From: Spirochaetia bacterium
Lineage (GTDB): Bacteria > Spirochaetota > Spirochaetia > SZUA-6 > Bin103
Length of the DNA: 64,000 nt
Direction: 5' to 3'
Assembly: GCA_965203905.1 (NCBI GenBank)
Contig: CBDBDQ010000005.1
Coordinates: forward strand, 96,001-160,000
This document shows positions 27,275 to 36,973 of this stretch, piece by piece; position 1 is the first letter of the stretch; every line of letters begins with the position of its first letter. The notes under the pieces were generated by a model. The model was given only the letters and a program-made list of their open reading frames with translations, searched no databases and was not told where the DNA came from. The position numbers and the translations under genes were made by a program.

Positions 27275-29128
27275 ATGATTCGGCGTTTCACGATCAGGGG
27301 ATTCAAGCGATTCGAGCACCAGACGAAAATCGATCTGGACGCGGTAACCGTGCTGGTGGGGGCCAACAACAGCGGCAAGTCGACCATCCTCGAAGCCTTG
27401 ACGCTGTTTCAGTATTGCCTCGAGACTACTCGGCGTGCGAACGGCAAGGCCGGCGGCAAGAGACAGTCAAGCCTGTCATCCCGTTCGGTAAGCCCGGACG
27501 AATTCGGCGTCCTGCCGGTGGCGGAGCCGACCGACCTCTGGCCCAACGGCCGCACCACCGGCAGCAAGACCATTGAATTGCAGGGAGAGTACGACAACGG
27601 TGCGGAGATCGGCTTTACGCTGAAACTGAGCTACAACAGGTTCAGCATCACCCCAAAGTTGAGCGGAGACACGGCGACAGCCATTCGCCAACAAGACATC
27701 CGACTCATACCGATCTTTTCCGGATTCATCCCTCGTGAGGAATACTTGACCCCACCTGCACGCCAGGAACGAGTGCGACTCCAACGTCATGGAGAGACCG
27801 TGCGCAACCTCCTGTGGGACCTGCGAGAGCATCACGAATCACGCTGGGATAAACTGGTGGATCTCCTTCGTTATCTGTTTCCCGAGAGCGTCCTGCACAT
27901 CAACTTCGATGTCGAGATCGACCGATTTCTCAACGCGACCTATCGAGACCGTGTGCTCACCCGCGAGCTCGACGTCATGGTTACGGGCTCGGGATTTCAT
28001 CAGGCACTGCAGATCCTGGTTTCGGTGCTCGCTCCCGGCGCCCGTACGCTCCTGCTCGACGAACCGGACGCTCATCTCCATGCTCGTCTGCAGACTCAGC
28101 TCATGGGAGTCCTGGAACGGCTGGCGCGCGAGGAACCTGCGCAATTCATCCTCGCGACGCACTCGCCACAGCTTCTGAGCGCCGCACCCAGCGGCTCGAT
28201 CAGAGTCTGCATGGAAGGCGCAGTGGTCCCGTTCGACGTCGGCCCCGCTCAGTTCCGGCTGCTCGAAGATCTGGGTGCCATGGACCGCATGGAGATCGTC
28301 CCGCTGCTGACCAATCGAGCGATCGTGTTCGTCGAGAATCGGAGCGATCAGAAGTTGCTCGAGCAGTTCGCACGCAAGCACTGGGGCGAGAAAAAACAAC
28401 AGGAGATCTGGCGCGTGCTGACCTTCATGTATACCTACCAGGGACCGGTAGAGGCACGGGTGCTTGATCTGGCCCGCCAAGTCAAGGACCTCTTGAACAG
28501 TCCAGGTCTGTCGTTGACCCAGCCGGTCCGCATGCTGGCGATCGGCGACCGCGACTACCGCACCGATGCGGCGCGGCGCAAGGAACTCCGCGCCCACACC
28601 ACACGCGCAAAGTCTTCTGCATATCAACTTGACCTCACCTTGAGCCTGTGGGAGGCCAACGAGATCGAGAACTACCTGCTCGATCAAACCGCGCTGCTTG
28701 CCACACTTTGCCGGGAAGCCAACGAGAAGGGTGTCGCAGGCCGTTGGAGCAGTCAACAGCGCAAGTTCGTCGATGAGTGGGATTCTCTGCTGAGCGAGCA
28801 ACAAGAGCCGGTCAGGCAGGCCGTAGCGACCCGCATTCAGAATGACGATCGGAGACTCACGCTTGGTACTGCGCTTGGCCGAGCAGATGAATTTCTGAGC
28901 GGAGCCTGGCAGGAACCGACTCGGTGGTGCGATGCAAAACATGTCATCAGTCGGCTTCGAGCCTGGCTTCAGGAACAGAGACTGCCGCTACGAATTCCCG
29001 AAGATAAGATCGTCGATGCCATGGATACCGTTCCCGCCGACGTACAGAAGGTATTGCGGAAACTGCAACGGATCAGCAGTCCGGGGCCGTCTCGCCGCAC
29101 CGACCGTGCACGCAGCGTGAAGCGTTGA
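27275..29128 (+). CDS. ABC-type ATPase fused to a TOPRIM-like nuclease domain (OLD/PARIS-like)
   Basis: GANNSGKS Walker A, GSGF signature, LLLDEPDAHLH, ATHS; C-terminal VFVENRSD, IGDRD, EIENYLL. Confidence 0.85.
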   Translation: MIRRFTIRGFKRFEHQTKIDLDAVTVLVGANNSGKSTILEALTLFQYCLETTRRANGKAGGKRQSSLSSRSVSPDEFGVLPVAEPTDLWPNGRTTGSKTIELQGEYDNGAEIGFTLKLSYNRFSITPKLSGDTATAIRQQDIRLIPIFSGFIPREEYLTPPARQERVRLQRHGETVRNLLWDLREHHESRWDKLVDLLRYLFPESVLHINFDVEIDRFLNATYRDRVLTRELDVMVTGSGFHQALQILVSVLAPGARTLLLDEPDAHLHARLQTQLMGVLERLAREEPAQFILATHSPQLLSAAPSGSIRVCMEGAVVPFDVGPAQFRLLEDLGAMDRMEIVPLLTNRAIVFVENRSDQKLLEQFARKHWGEKKQQEIWRVLTFMYTYQGPVEARVLDLARQVKDLLNSPGLSLTQPVRMLAIGDRDYRTDAARRKELRAHTTRAKSSAYQLDLTLSLWEANEIENYLLDQTALLATLCREANEKGVAGRWSSQQRKFVDEWDSLLSEQQEPVRQAVATRIQNDDRRLTLGTALGRADEFLSGAWQEPTRWCDAKHVISRLRAWLQEQRLPLRIPEDKIVDAMDTVPADVQKVLRKLQRISSPGPSRRTDRARSVKR

Positions 29129-29233
29129 CAGACCGGTTCCGTGCACGTGTCGTCCGCATTGGCAGCAGCGGCCGCCCCCGGTTGTGTGCTACTGGCGGTT
29201 GGGCGCCGAATCGGGTAAGGATAGGGCCACGGT

Positions 29234-30349
29234 ATGAGGTTTCACGCGGGAGTGATCGGGGCTACCGGGTTCATCGGTACGCCCTATCGGGAGGAGATGC
29301 GCGGGGCGCCGGACGCGGCGCGCATCGTGGCGTTGTGCGCGCGCCGGCGCGAGCGGCTGGAGGCGGCCGCGCGCCTGGACGGCTGCGACTTCATCACCCA
29401 CGACTGGCGCGAGGTGGTGGACCACCCGGAGGTCGACCTGGTGGTGGTGGTGACGCCGGACCGGCTGCACCTGGAGCCGGCGCTGGCGGCGGCGGCGGCC
29501 GGCAAGCACCTGTTCTGCGACAAGCCGATCGGTGCCGACGTCGGCGAGGCGTACCGGATCTGGTCGGCGTATCGGGACAGCGGGCTGGCCCACTACGTGC
29601 CCTACTGGACCCGCTACGAGCCGAAGTTCCGCCGCGCGCGGGAGCTGGTGACGGACGGGACCCTGGGCGAGCTCAAGGTGGTCGTCTACCGCTGGCACAA
29701 CCCGCGGCCGCCGTCGATCCCGTTCACCTGGCGCGATGACGCCACCCTGTCGGCGGCCGGCAGCATCGGCGACGTGGGCTCCCACGCGTATGACGCGGTA
29801 CGCTGGCTGATCGGCTCGGAGGCGCGCCGGGTGGTCACCCAGGCCGGCGTCATCTCACCGCCGAAACCGGACCTGGGGGCGATCGACCTGGCGGAGGCGC
29901 TGGAATGGGGCGAGGCGCACTCGGCCGGGCAGGCGCAGCGCACCCGCGCCGGCACGGCCTACGACTACGGCGCCATCACCTGGGAGTTCCACAACGGCGT
30001 GGTGGGCATGATGCTGCTGTCGCACGCCCCGGTGCTGCGCAAGGGACTGGCCCCCGAGCTGGAGTTGCACGGCAGCGAGGCGTCGCTCTCCGTCGACCGG
30101 GTCAACCACACCGTCAACCTGACCCGCGCCGACGGCGAGTTGGACGCAGTCGAGCGGATCCCCGAGGACCGGGTCAACCGCTGGGCCCGGTTCGTGTTGC
30201 CGGCCCTGCGCGAACGTGCCTCCGGCCGGCCCTGCGACCACCCCGGGCTGCACGACGGCTGGCGCACCCAGGTGTTCACCGAGGCCGCCGCCGAGTCCGC
30301 GCGCCGCGGCACCTGGGTGGAGCTGGCCGAACTGGACGCGGAGGCATAA
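29234..30349 (+). CDS. Gfo/Idh/MocA family oxidoreductase
   Basis: GVIGATG, KHLFCDKP, GDVGSHAYD. Confidence 0.92.
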   Translation: MRFHAGVIGATGFIGTPYREEMRGAPDAARIVALCARRRERLEAAARLDGCDFITHDWREVVDHPEVDLVVVVTPDRLHLEPALAAAAAGKHLFCDKPIGADVGEAYRIWSAYRDSGLAHYVPYWTRYEPKFRRARELVTDGTLGELKVVVYRWHNPRPPSIPFTWRDDATLSAAGSIGDVGSHAYDAVRWLIGSEARRVVTQAGVISPPKPDLGAIDLAEALEWGEAHSAGQAQRTRAGTAYDYGAITWEFHNGVVGMMLLSHAPVLRKGLAPELELHGSEASLSVDRVNHTVNLTRADGELDAVERIPEDRVNRWARFVLPALRERASGRPCDHPGLHDGWRTQVFTEAAAESARRGTWVELAELDAEA

Positions 30350-30360
30350 AGGAGCACCGC

Positions 30361-31248
30361 ATGGGAGCAAAGAGAGTCAACCGCAACATCGAGCTGCTGG
30401 CCGCCGACCAGCCGGTCTACTACACCGGCGGGCATACCGGAGCAGTGCTCACCTACGAACAGGGGATGCAGGACGCGCACACCTGGGCGGACTATATCAA
30501 CGTGGGCATGGAGCACGGCGCCTTCGACCTGGCCGGGCTGGCCCGCTATATGGAAGGCCTGGTGGCGGGCGGGCCCACCAACAGCGGCCACCGTACGCCC
30601 ACGGTGATCGTGGAGGTCCCGGTGGACGGCTCCAGCGAGGCGACCATCCGCTACAACGCCTGGCAGTTCCGGCAGATCCTGGGCCGCGGCGTGCACGGCA
30701 TCCTGCTGTGTCAGGCGGAGACCCCGGACGCCGTGCGCGCGTTCGTGGAGTCGTGCCGCTACCCGCGCCACATGATCGGCGTCGGCCGGGGCCTGGAGCG
30801 CGGCACCCGCGGCGTCGGCTCGGAGTCTTCGGCGGCGGCGATCTGGGGCATCGACCCCGGCGACTACATCACCAGGTGCGACCCCTGGCCGCTCAACCCG
30901 GACGGGGAGCTGCTGCTGGGCATCAAGGTGGAGTCGGTGCGCGGGGTGGCCCACATCGAGCAGCTCCTGGCGGTGCCCGGCCTCGGTTTCGCCGAATGCG
31001 GTCCCGGCGACCTGCACATGTCCTACGGTGTGGACCGGGTCCCCGAGCAGCATGACCCGCGGGTGATCGAGGCCAACGAGCGGGTACGCGCGGCATGTGC
31101 CGCCAACGGCGTGGCGTTCCTGGAGGGAGCCAGGCCCGACACCGTGGCGGCGCAGATCGACCGCGGCGTGCGCGTGGTCTCCGGCGGCAGCGAAGAGATC
31201 GCGCGCATCGGCCGCGCCCACAGCGGCCGGACGCTGCCGGTAGGCTGA
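30361..31248 (+). CDS. HpcH/HpaI aldolase/citrate lyase family protein
   Basis: MEHGAFD, SCRYP, RGTRGVG, IKVES, CGPGDL. Confidence 0.85.
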   Translation: MGAKRVNRNIELLAADQPVYYTGGHTGAVLTYEQGMQDAHTWADYINVGMEHGAFDLAGLARYMEGLVAGGPTNSGHRTPTVIVEVPVDGSSEATIRYNAWQFRQILGRGVHGILLCQAETPDAVRAFVESCRYPRHMIGVGRGLERGTRGVGSESSAAAIWGIDPGDYITRCDPWPLNPDGELLLGIKVESVRGVAHIEQLLAVPGLGFAECGPGDLHMSYGVDRVPEQHDPRVIEANERVRAACAANGVAFLEGARPDTVAAQIDRGVRVVSGGSEEIARIGRAHSGRTLPVG

Positions 31249-31260
31249 CCGGGTTCAGCG

Positions 31261-31287
31261 GTGCCGCCGGCTCGCGACCGGCGGCGC
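31261..31287. terminator. GC hairpin between convergent genes
   Basis: GCCGCCGG-N7-CCGGCGGC core; no U-tract. Confidence 0.35.
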
Positions 31288-31288
31288 C

Positions 31289-32389
31289 TCAGGCGACGTC
31301 GACCGGCTGCCCCGTGCGGCCCGACTCGATGGCGGCGGCCACCGTGGCCGCGATGTCACGTCCCGCCTGGGCGTTGAGCATGGTGTCCGAGCCGGTCTCC
31401 ATGGCCGCCTTGAAGTTCTCCATCAGCAGGAAGTTGTTGCTGTCGGCGACGCGCACGTGGGGATATTCCGCGGCGGGCTGGCCGCGGTAGTAGATCCCCA
31501 CCTCGGGACGCGCCTCGGTAACCACCAGGGCGCCCTTGCTGCCCACCAGGTGCAGCTTGATCTCGCCGATCTCGGGGTGGCTGGCGGCACCGATGCGGCC
31601 GATGCAGAGCGAGCCGACCATGCCGTTCTCCATCTCCAGGGTGACGGTGGCCAGGTCGTCCACGTCGTTGTCCGCGTTGGCCTGATGGAAGTGGGCCGCG
31701 GTGCGGGCGAACACGCGCCGCACCTTGCTGCCGGTGAGCAGGTGGATATAGCCCAGCGGATAGATGCCCTCGATCTGCAACTCGCCCATCGGTGCAATCC
31801 CGACGCCGCCGTCGGAGCCGTCCAGGTGGGCTTCCAACTGCCGCGCCAGCCAGCTGATCGGCGGGTAGCCGGGCTGGCGGCTGCCCTTCGGCGGCCCGGC
31901 GTCCTTGGCAAAGTAGAAATCGACGTGGATCGCGCGCAGGTCGCCGATGGCACCGCGCTCAAGCTCCTCGCGCGCCTGCACCAGCGCCGGCAGCAGGTTG
32001 CGGTTCCACAGCAGGAAGCGGACCCCCGCCTCGCGCACCGCCGCCACCAGGCGGTCGCACTCGGACAGCTCGGTGGACATCGGCTTGTCCTGGATCACGT
32101 GCAGCCCGGCGCGGGCGGCGCGCACGCTCAGATCGCAGTGGCGCTCCGCCTCGCTGCTCACCACCGCCACCTGCACGTCGTACTCGGCCATGGCGGCCGC
32201 CACGTCGCGCACGTACGGCACGCCGTACTCGGCGGCGAACTCCGCGTTGCGCTCGTGCGCCCACTGCGGCACCTGCGGGTCGTCGGCCACCACCACCAGC
32301 TCGAAGCAGGGGTGGGCGTGCACCGCGCGCGGCAGGTAGTCGTGCTTCACCGCGCTGAGCGCCGCGCAACGGTAGATCACATCACTCAT
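31289..32389 (-). CDS. Gfo/Idh/MocA family oxidoreductase
   Basis: GLHVIQDKPM, DVDDLATVTLEMENG. Confidence 0.88.
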   Translation of the reverse strand: MSDVIYRCAALSAVKHDYLPRAVHAHPCFELVVVADDPQVPQWAHERNAEFAAEYGVPYVRDVAAAMAEYDVQVAVVSSEAERHCDLSVRAARAGLHVIQDKPMSTELSECDRLVAAVREAGVRFLLWNRNLLPALVQAREELERGAIGDLRAIHVDFYFAKDAGPPKGSRQPGYPPISWLARQLEAHLDGSDGGVGIAPMGELQIEGIYPLGYIHLLTGSKVRRVFARTAAHFHQANADNDVDDLATVTLEMENGMVGSLCIGRIGAASHPEIGEIKLHLVGSKGALVVTEARPEVGIYYRGQPAAEYPHVRVADSNNFLLMENFKAAMETGSDTMLNAQAGRDIAATVAAAIESGRTGQPVDVA

Positions 32390-33344
32390 AGCGGTCTCCC
32401 TTGCGCTGCAGCACAGCGCGGGTAGCGGCGGAGGATGCAGCGGCGGCGGCCACCTGCAGGGCGGCGGCGGCATCGGCGCCGGCAACCTGTGGTGCACGCC
32501 CGCCGGAGCTGGCCGCAACGAACTCTTCCAGCTCGGCCACCAGCTCCAGGCTGCCCTCGCCCGGGTCGCGGGCGGCCGCGTCGCCGCCGCCGAACACCAG
32601 GTTGCGGTTGCGGTGGTCGTCGGCGTAGCCGGCGCCGGCCGATCCGATCACGGTCACCGAGCGGTAGCCGTCGCCCGGCGGCAGGTCGTCGCTGACGTCG
32701 ATCAGGGCCATGCCGCCGCCCGAGAAGCCGAGGTGGATCTGCAGATAGCCGGGTTCGGCGGCACGCGCATAGACCCGATCCGGCGGCGCCCCGAACAGCC
32801 AGTTGGCCAGGTCCAGGTAGGGCACGCTCAGGGCACGGCAGCGGTCGGCCGTGGAGAGGGCGGCGCCGGCCGCGTCGTCGCCGCCCCTCCAGCGGTGGGC
32901 ACGCAGCAGGCCCAGGGTGCCGAAGGCGCCCGCCTCCAAGCGCTGCTTGAGCACCCACTGCGAAGGCACGAACCGCAGCGTCCCGCCGACCATGAGACAG
33001 ACGCCGGCTGCGCTGAACTCATCCGCCAGGCCGCGCACTTCCTCGGCGGCGGAGGCGGCGGGCAGCGCCAGCAGCACGTGCTTGCCATGCTGCAGGGCGG
33101 TACGGGCAGCGGCGAGGCGGGCATCGGGCGGGCCGTCCAGCAGCACCCCGTCGCACTCTGTGCCGCCGGCCAGCAGCTCACCGAGGCCGGCCGCCTGGTG
33201 GCTGGCGCCGAGCAGCTCGGCGGCGCCGCGGCGCGCGGTCGCATCCGCGTCGGCCACGGCGACGACGCGTATCTGCGGCAGTCGCCGCAGGGCATCGGCA
33301 TGGCGGGCGGCGGCTGCCGCCCCGACCAGTATGCAGTTCATCAC
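32382..33344 (-). CDS. Gfo/Idh/MocA-like protein with degenerate motifs
   Basis: Overall layout retained, but GKHVLLALP replaces EKP and GAAAAA replaces GxGxxG. Confidence 0.75.
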   Translation of the reverse strand: MMNCILVGAAAAARHADALRRLPQIRVVAVADADATARRGAAELLGASHQAAGLGELLAGGTECDGVLLDGPPDARLAAARTALQHGKHVLLALPAASAAEEVRGLADEFSAAGVCLMVGGTLRFVPSQWVLKQRLEAGAFGTLGLLRAHRWRGGDDAAGAALSTADRCRALSVPYLDLANWLFGAPPDRVYARAAEPGYLQIHLGFSGGGMALIDVSDDLPPGDGYRSVTVIGSAGAGYADDHRNRNLVFGGGDAAARDPGEGSLELVAELEEFVAASSGGRAPQVAGADAAAALQVAAAAASSAATRAVLQRKGDRYE

Positions 33345-33365
33345 TCGTTACCCGTTTCCAACGGC

Positions 33366-34412
33366 TCAGTGCCAGCCATGCTCGATGGTGATGGGCGAAC
33401 CGGTGCGCTGGTTGATCCAGCCCAGGCCGCTGTCCAGCACCACCTCGCGGCCGCTGATCGAGGAGCGCTCGGCGGCGAACAGGATCTCCATCACCTGGCG
33501 TCCCCACATCCCGTCCGAAGGCGGCTCCAGGTCCTGCTCGATTGCGGTGGCGAACGACTTCCACTCGTGGAAGAACTCCGCCGGTGGCTCGTCGAAGGGG
33601 ACATCCTCCCACTGCTCGCCGGTACCGAGGCGGACGAACTTCTCGCCGTGCTGGCTGAACTTGAGCGAGCCGTTGGCGCCGATCACGTGGCTCTCGAACG
33701 AGGGCCCGCCGTTGGCGTAGCCGCAGGACACGGCCACGCCCGCGACCCCGTTCTTGCAACGCACCAGCGCCGTCGCGGTGTCGTCGGAGGCCTGGTAGTG
33801 AGCGCGCGTTCCCACCACCGCGCTCACCGCCACCGCCTGCGAGCCCAGCAGCCACATCAGCCGGTCCACCACGTGCACGCCGTTGGCCAGCCACATGCCG
33901 CCGCCGTGGTAGCGGCTGCGGTACTGCGGGCGCCGGGTCTGCACGTTCCAGTTCTTGGACATGTAGCACACCACCGTCATCAGCGGTCCCAGCCGTCCGG
34001 AGTCAAGAATCTCCTTGGCCTTGAGGCTGGTGCCGTAGAAGTGCTGCGTGTGGCCCACCATCAGCTTGACCCGGTTGGCGTCAGCGGCGTCGATCATGGC
34101 ATCGCACTGCTCCAGGCTGAGCGCCATCGGCTTCTCCACCAGCACGTGCTTGCCCGCGTTGCAGGCATCCACCGTCAGCCGGTGGTGCAGTTGATGCCCC
34201 AGGGTGATGGCGACGGCGTCCACCTCGGGGTCCTGCAACAGCTCGGTGTGGGTCGTGTATCCCTTCGCGACCCCCCATTTATCCATGAACTCCGCGCGCT
34301 TGTCGGCGAACAGATCGGCAACCGCCACGATCTCGACGTTGTCCAACTCCGCGATGGCGGCGGCATGGGAGCGCGCGATGCCCCCCAGCCCGATGATCCC
34401 TGCTCTGATCAT
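33366..34412 (-). CDS. Gfo/Idh/MocA family oxidoreductase
   Basis: GIIGLGGIA, GKHVLVEKPM, GGGMWLANGVHVVD. Confidence 0.95.
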   Translation of the reverse strand: MIRAGIIGLGGIARSHAAAIAELDNVEIVAVADLFADKRAEFMDKWGVAKGYTTHTELLQDPEVDAVAITLGHQLHHRLTVDACNAGKHVLVEKPMALSLEQCDAMIDAADANRVKLMVGHTQHFYGTSLKAKEILDSGRLGPLMTVVCYMSKNWNVQTRRPQYRSRYHGGGMWLANGVHVVDRLMWLLGSQAVAVSAVVGTRAHYQASDDTATALVRCKNGVAGVAVSCGYANGGPSFESHVIGANGSLKFSQHGEKFVRLGTGEQWEDVPFDEPPAEFFHEWKSFATAIEQDLEPPSDGMWGRQVMEILFAAERSSISGREVVLDSGLGWINQRTGSPITIEHGWH

Positions 34413-34639
34413 GATGCCCGACCCTAGAGGTTAACGCGGCTCCGATCAAGCCCCGACCGCGGTGCTGCGGCGCACGCTACGGAATCGTGGCCACACCACT
34501 GCAGCCGTCCACTTTCCGTCCGCGATCGGCGCCCACCCGCACGCTGGATCTCACTGCCGACGAGCATGTTGCCCTTGCCCCCGGCCCGTGTCCATATTCC
34601 ATCCCTACAGCGACGGCCCCGACAACGGGAACACACGCT

Positions 34640-35133
34640 ACGGCTGCCGCTGTCGGGCACAGCGCAGTCCTCTGGAAGTGATACGGTTCGCCGCCTCCAA
34701 CCGGCTGTGCGTCGACTTGCGCTATCGTGACCAGACGCGACGCATTGAACCCTACTCCCTTCGGCGCAGTGCCGAAGGCAACATCATCCTCCACGCTCAT
34801 GACATGCTCAGGAACGCTCACCGCAGCTACCGCGTCGACCGCATTCAGGGTGCCAGGATCACAAGCCTGACCTTCGCACCTCGTCACGCTGTCGAACTCA
34901 GCTCGATTGGGCCTTTGATCGTCGAGCCTACCGCAAGCCGCTCGATCGGACTCTCACCCAGAGTCATGAGTCCAAGATCGTCCAACCGCAACAGCGGCCA
35001 TCGTTATGTCTATCAGTGCCCGGTCTGCGGGAAACGGTTCTATCGCACCCGTCGCAGTTCATCCAGGAGGATGCACAAGGACACGTTCGGGTACCGATGC
35101 TCCGGTCGACCTTTCTACGTGGGTATGGGTTGA
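34640..35133 (+). pseudogene. WYL domain plus C-terminal Zn-ribbon, 5'-truncated fragment
   Basis: RRIEPYSL, RSYRVDRI (WYL); YQCPVCGK...H...C; apparent frameshift near 34668 and no credible start. Confidence 0.7.
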
Positions 35134-35229
35134 ACGGATGGTCGCTGTCATCACCTCGTCGAACATGCGATCAGCGGGAAGAGATGACGTCCCTGCTTGA
35201 GCAGTCGTGCGTAGCGGTTATCAGCTGAT

Positions 35230-36939
35230 TCAGACGGAATCGACTCGCCACAGGTGCACGGCGCGCGCCGCGAGTCGCATCTGGCGCGCCTCCAGGAGCT
35301 CCGGCGTCCACTGCTCCGGCGCCATTCCGGGGATTTCCCTGCTGAGGGCATACTTGCTCTCGCCATACGCGGCCAGCTTGTCGCGATACGTGGCGTTGCC
35401 GATCCTCCGATTAGTGGCCGCTTCGAGCAGCGTGAGGTTGCCGATCCGGTATACCGAGGCATCCCAACGTGCGTGATCGAAATCTTCGTCCCATTCGTCC
35501 GCCGGGTTCTCGGGCAGGATGTGCTCGATGGTGCCGGGGTCGGTGTCGGGGTCGCATGCCCGACCGGATGCATCCTCCTCCAACCGCGCCAGGATGTACT
35601 TGGCCAACTTTCTCTTGCGGCCGCCTGTTCCCACCTCCAGGCCGGCAAAGTCCTGCCGCATCTTCGCGTCGTCGACGTAGATCGGCTTCAGACGCTCGAA
35701 CACTGCGCTGGGAGTCGTCGCCACTCGATCACTGACCGCCTTGGCGGCGTGGTGGAACGCGGCCTCCAGGACGCTGGGATTGAGGCCGCTGACCACGGTG
35801 TAACGGAAGCTCACCACGCTGACGATTCGCAGCACCCGGACAAAGTTCTCCGGTGAGAACGACTCCCAGGCGGTGAACAGCAGCGGCATCATCTGGCGGA
35901 CGCGGAACAGATCGAATTCACGGACGTGGTTGCGGGCCTCTCGCGACCCGACCCAATAGTGGTGGTTGGGATCGGCGACCGCGACGAACAACTCGGCGCG
36001 TCCCTCCAACTCGCCGAGCAGCGCAAACACGTGGTCAGGGGTGGTCGTGCGCTGCCTTACCAGCTTGAACAGCCGCTGGCTGCGCACCCTGGGCAACTCG
36101 CAGAGCACATGGTAACGGAGCAACTCCGGAAACCGCTCCTGCTCGACGGTGTCCATGAGTGATCGCCAGCGGCGCTGCAATGCCTCCAGGTCGGCGGCGA
36201 CGCGAATGCGCGAGAACAGGTGGTTCTTGAGCAGATCCGTGGTGGTCAGCTCCAGGCCGCGGGCATTGAGCGTCTCGAACACGGTGTAGGCGTTCAACTC
36301 GTCGTCGACGGTGATCAGTATGAACAGCAGTTGCCGCGCCACCGTCTCGGAGAGGAGACTCGCAACCGCTCTGCCGTCGTGCCGCAGGTCGGGCAACTCG
36401 TCCAGGCGGTTGTCGAAGGTCTGCAGGCACTGCCAGAGGAGCCGATTGGACTTCGGCAAGCGCCTGGGATTCCGCGGTTCCCGGATCTGGACCAGGTAGT
36501 CCTGGTAGAAGCCGTCGTCGGTTTCGTTCAGGTACAGCCGACTGCTCTCGGTGAGAGATGCGGGGTCTTTTTCGCCGATGAAACGGTTGCGCAACTCCCG
36601 CGCCCGTTCGCTGTTGGCTTCGGTCGCGATCCCCTCGCCGGCCATGGCATGCAAACGCGCGATGACAGCGAGCGCGAGCACACTGAGCGTGGCGAGGCGC
36701 TGCTGACCGTCGATGATCAGAAACTCGCGGTCGCCCCGCTCCTCGATCACCAGGGCACCGAGATAGTGGCGCTCCTCCGGATCTGCGCGCAGATCGACGA
36801 GGTCGTTCCACAGATCTTCCCATTGCTCCTCGGACCAGGAGTAATCTCGCTGATAGGGCGGCACGCGATAGTGCTTGCCATTGCCGATCAACTCCAGGTA
36901 GTTGATCGTACGCGTATTCAATACGTTGCTGCGTGCCAT
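35230..36939 (-). CDS. GmrSD-family (DUF262 + DUF1524/HNH) modification-dependent restriction endonuclease
   Basis: PPYQRDYSW, IDGQQR, FETLNARG; TIEHILP, IGNLTLL...N. Confidence 0.92.
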   Translation of the reverse strand: MARSNVLNTRTINYLELIGNGKHYRVPPYQRDYSWSEEQWEDLWNDLVDLRADPEERHYLGALVIEERGDREFLIIDGQQRLATLSVLALAVIARLHAMAGEGIATEANSERARELRNRFIGEKDPASLTESSRLYLNETDDGFYQDYLVQIREPRNPRRLPKSNRLLWQCLQTFDNRLDELPDLRHDGRAVASLLSETVARQLLFILITVDDELNAYTVFETLNARGLELTTTDLLKNHLFSRIRVAADLEALQRRWRSLMDTVEQERFPELLRYHVLCELPRVRSQRLFKLVRQRTTTPDHVFALLGELEGRAELFVAVADPNHHYWVGSREARNHVREFDLFRVRQMMPLLFTAWESFSPENFVRVLRIVSVVSFRYTVVSGLNPSVLEAAFHHAAKAVSDRVATTPSAVFERLKPIYVDDAKMRQDFAGLEVGTGGRKRKLAKYILARLEEDASGRACDPDTDPGTIEHILPENPADEWDEDFDHARWDASVYRIGNLTLLEAATNRRIGNATYRDKLAAYGESKYALSREIPGMAPEQWTPELLEARQMRLAARAVHLWRVDSV

Positions 36940-36973
36940 CGTCGCGGATCCGGCTGAGCTCGCGTCGCCGCGG

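Noticed and set aside
27275-29128. Gabija or retron system
   Set aside because: No adjacent UvrD helicase or reverse transcriptase.
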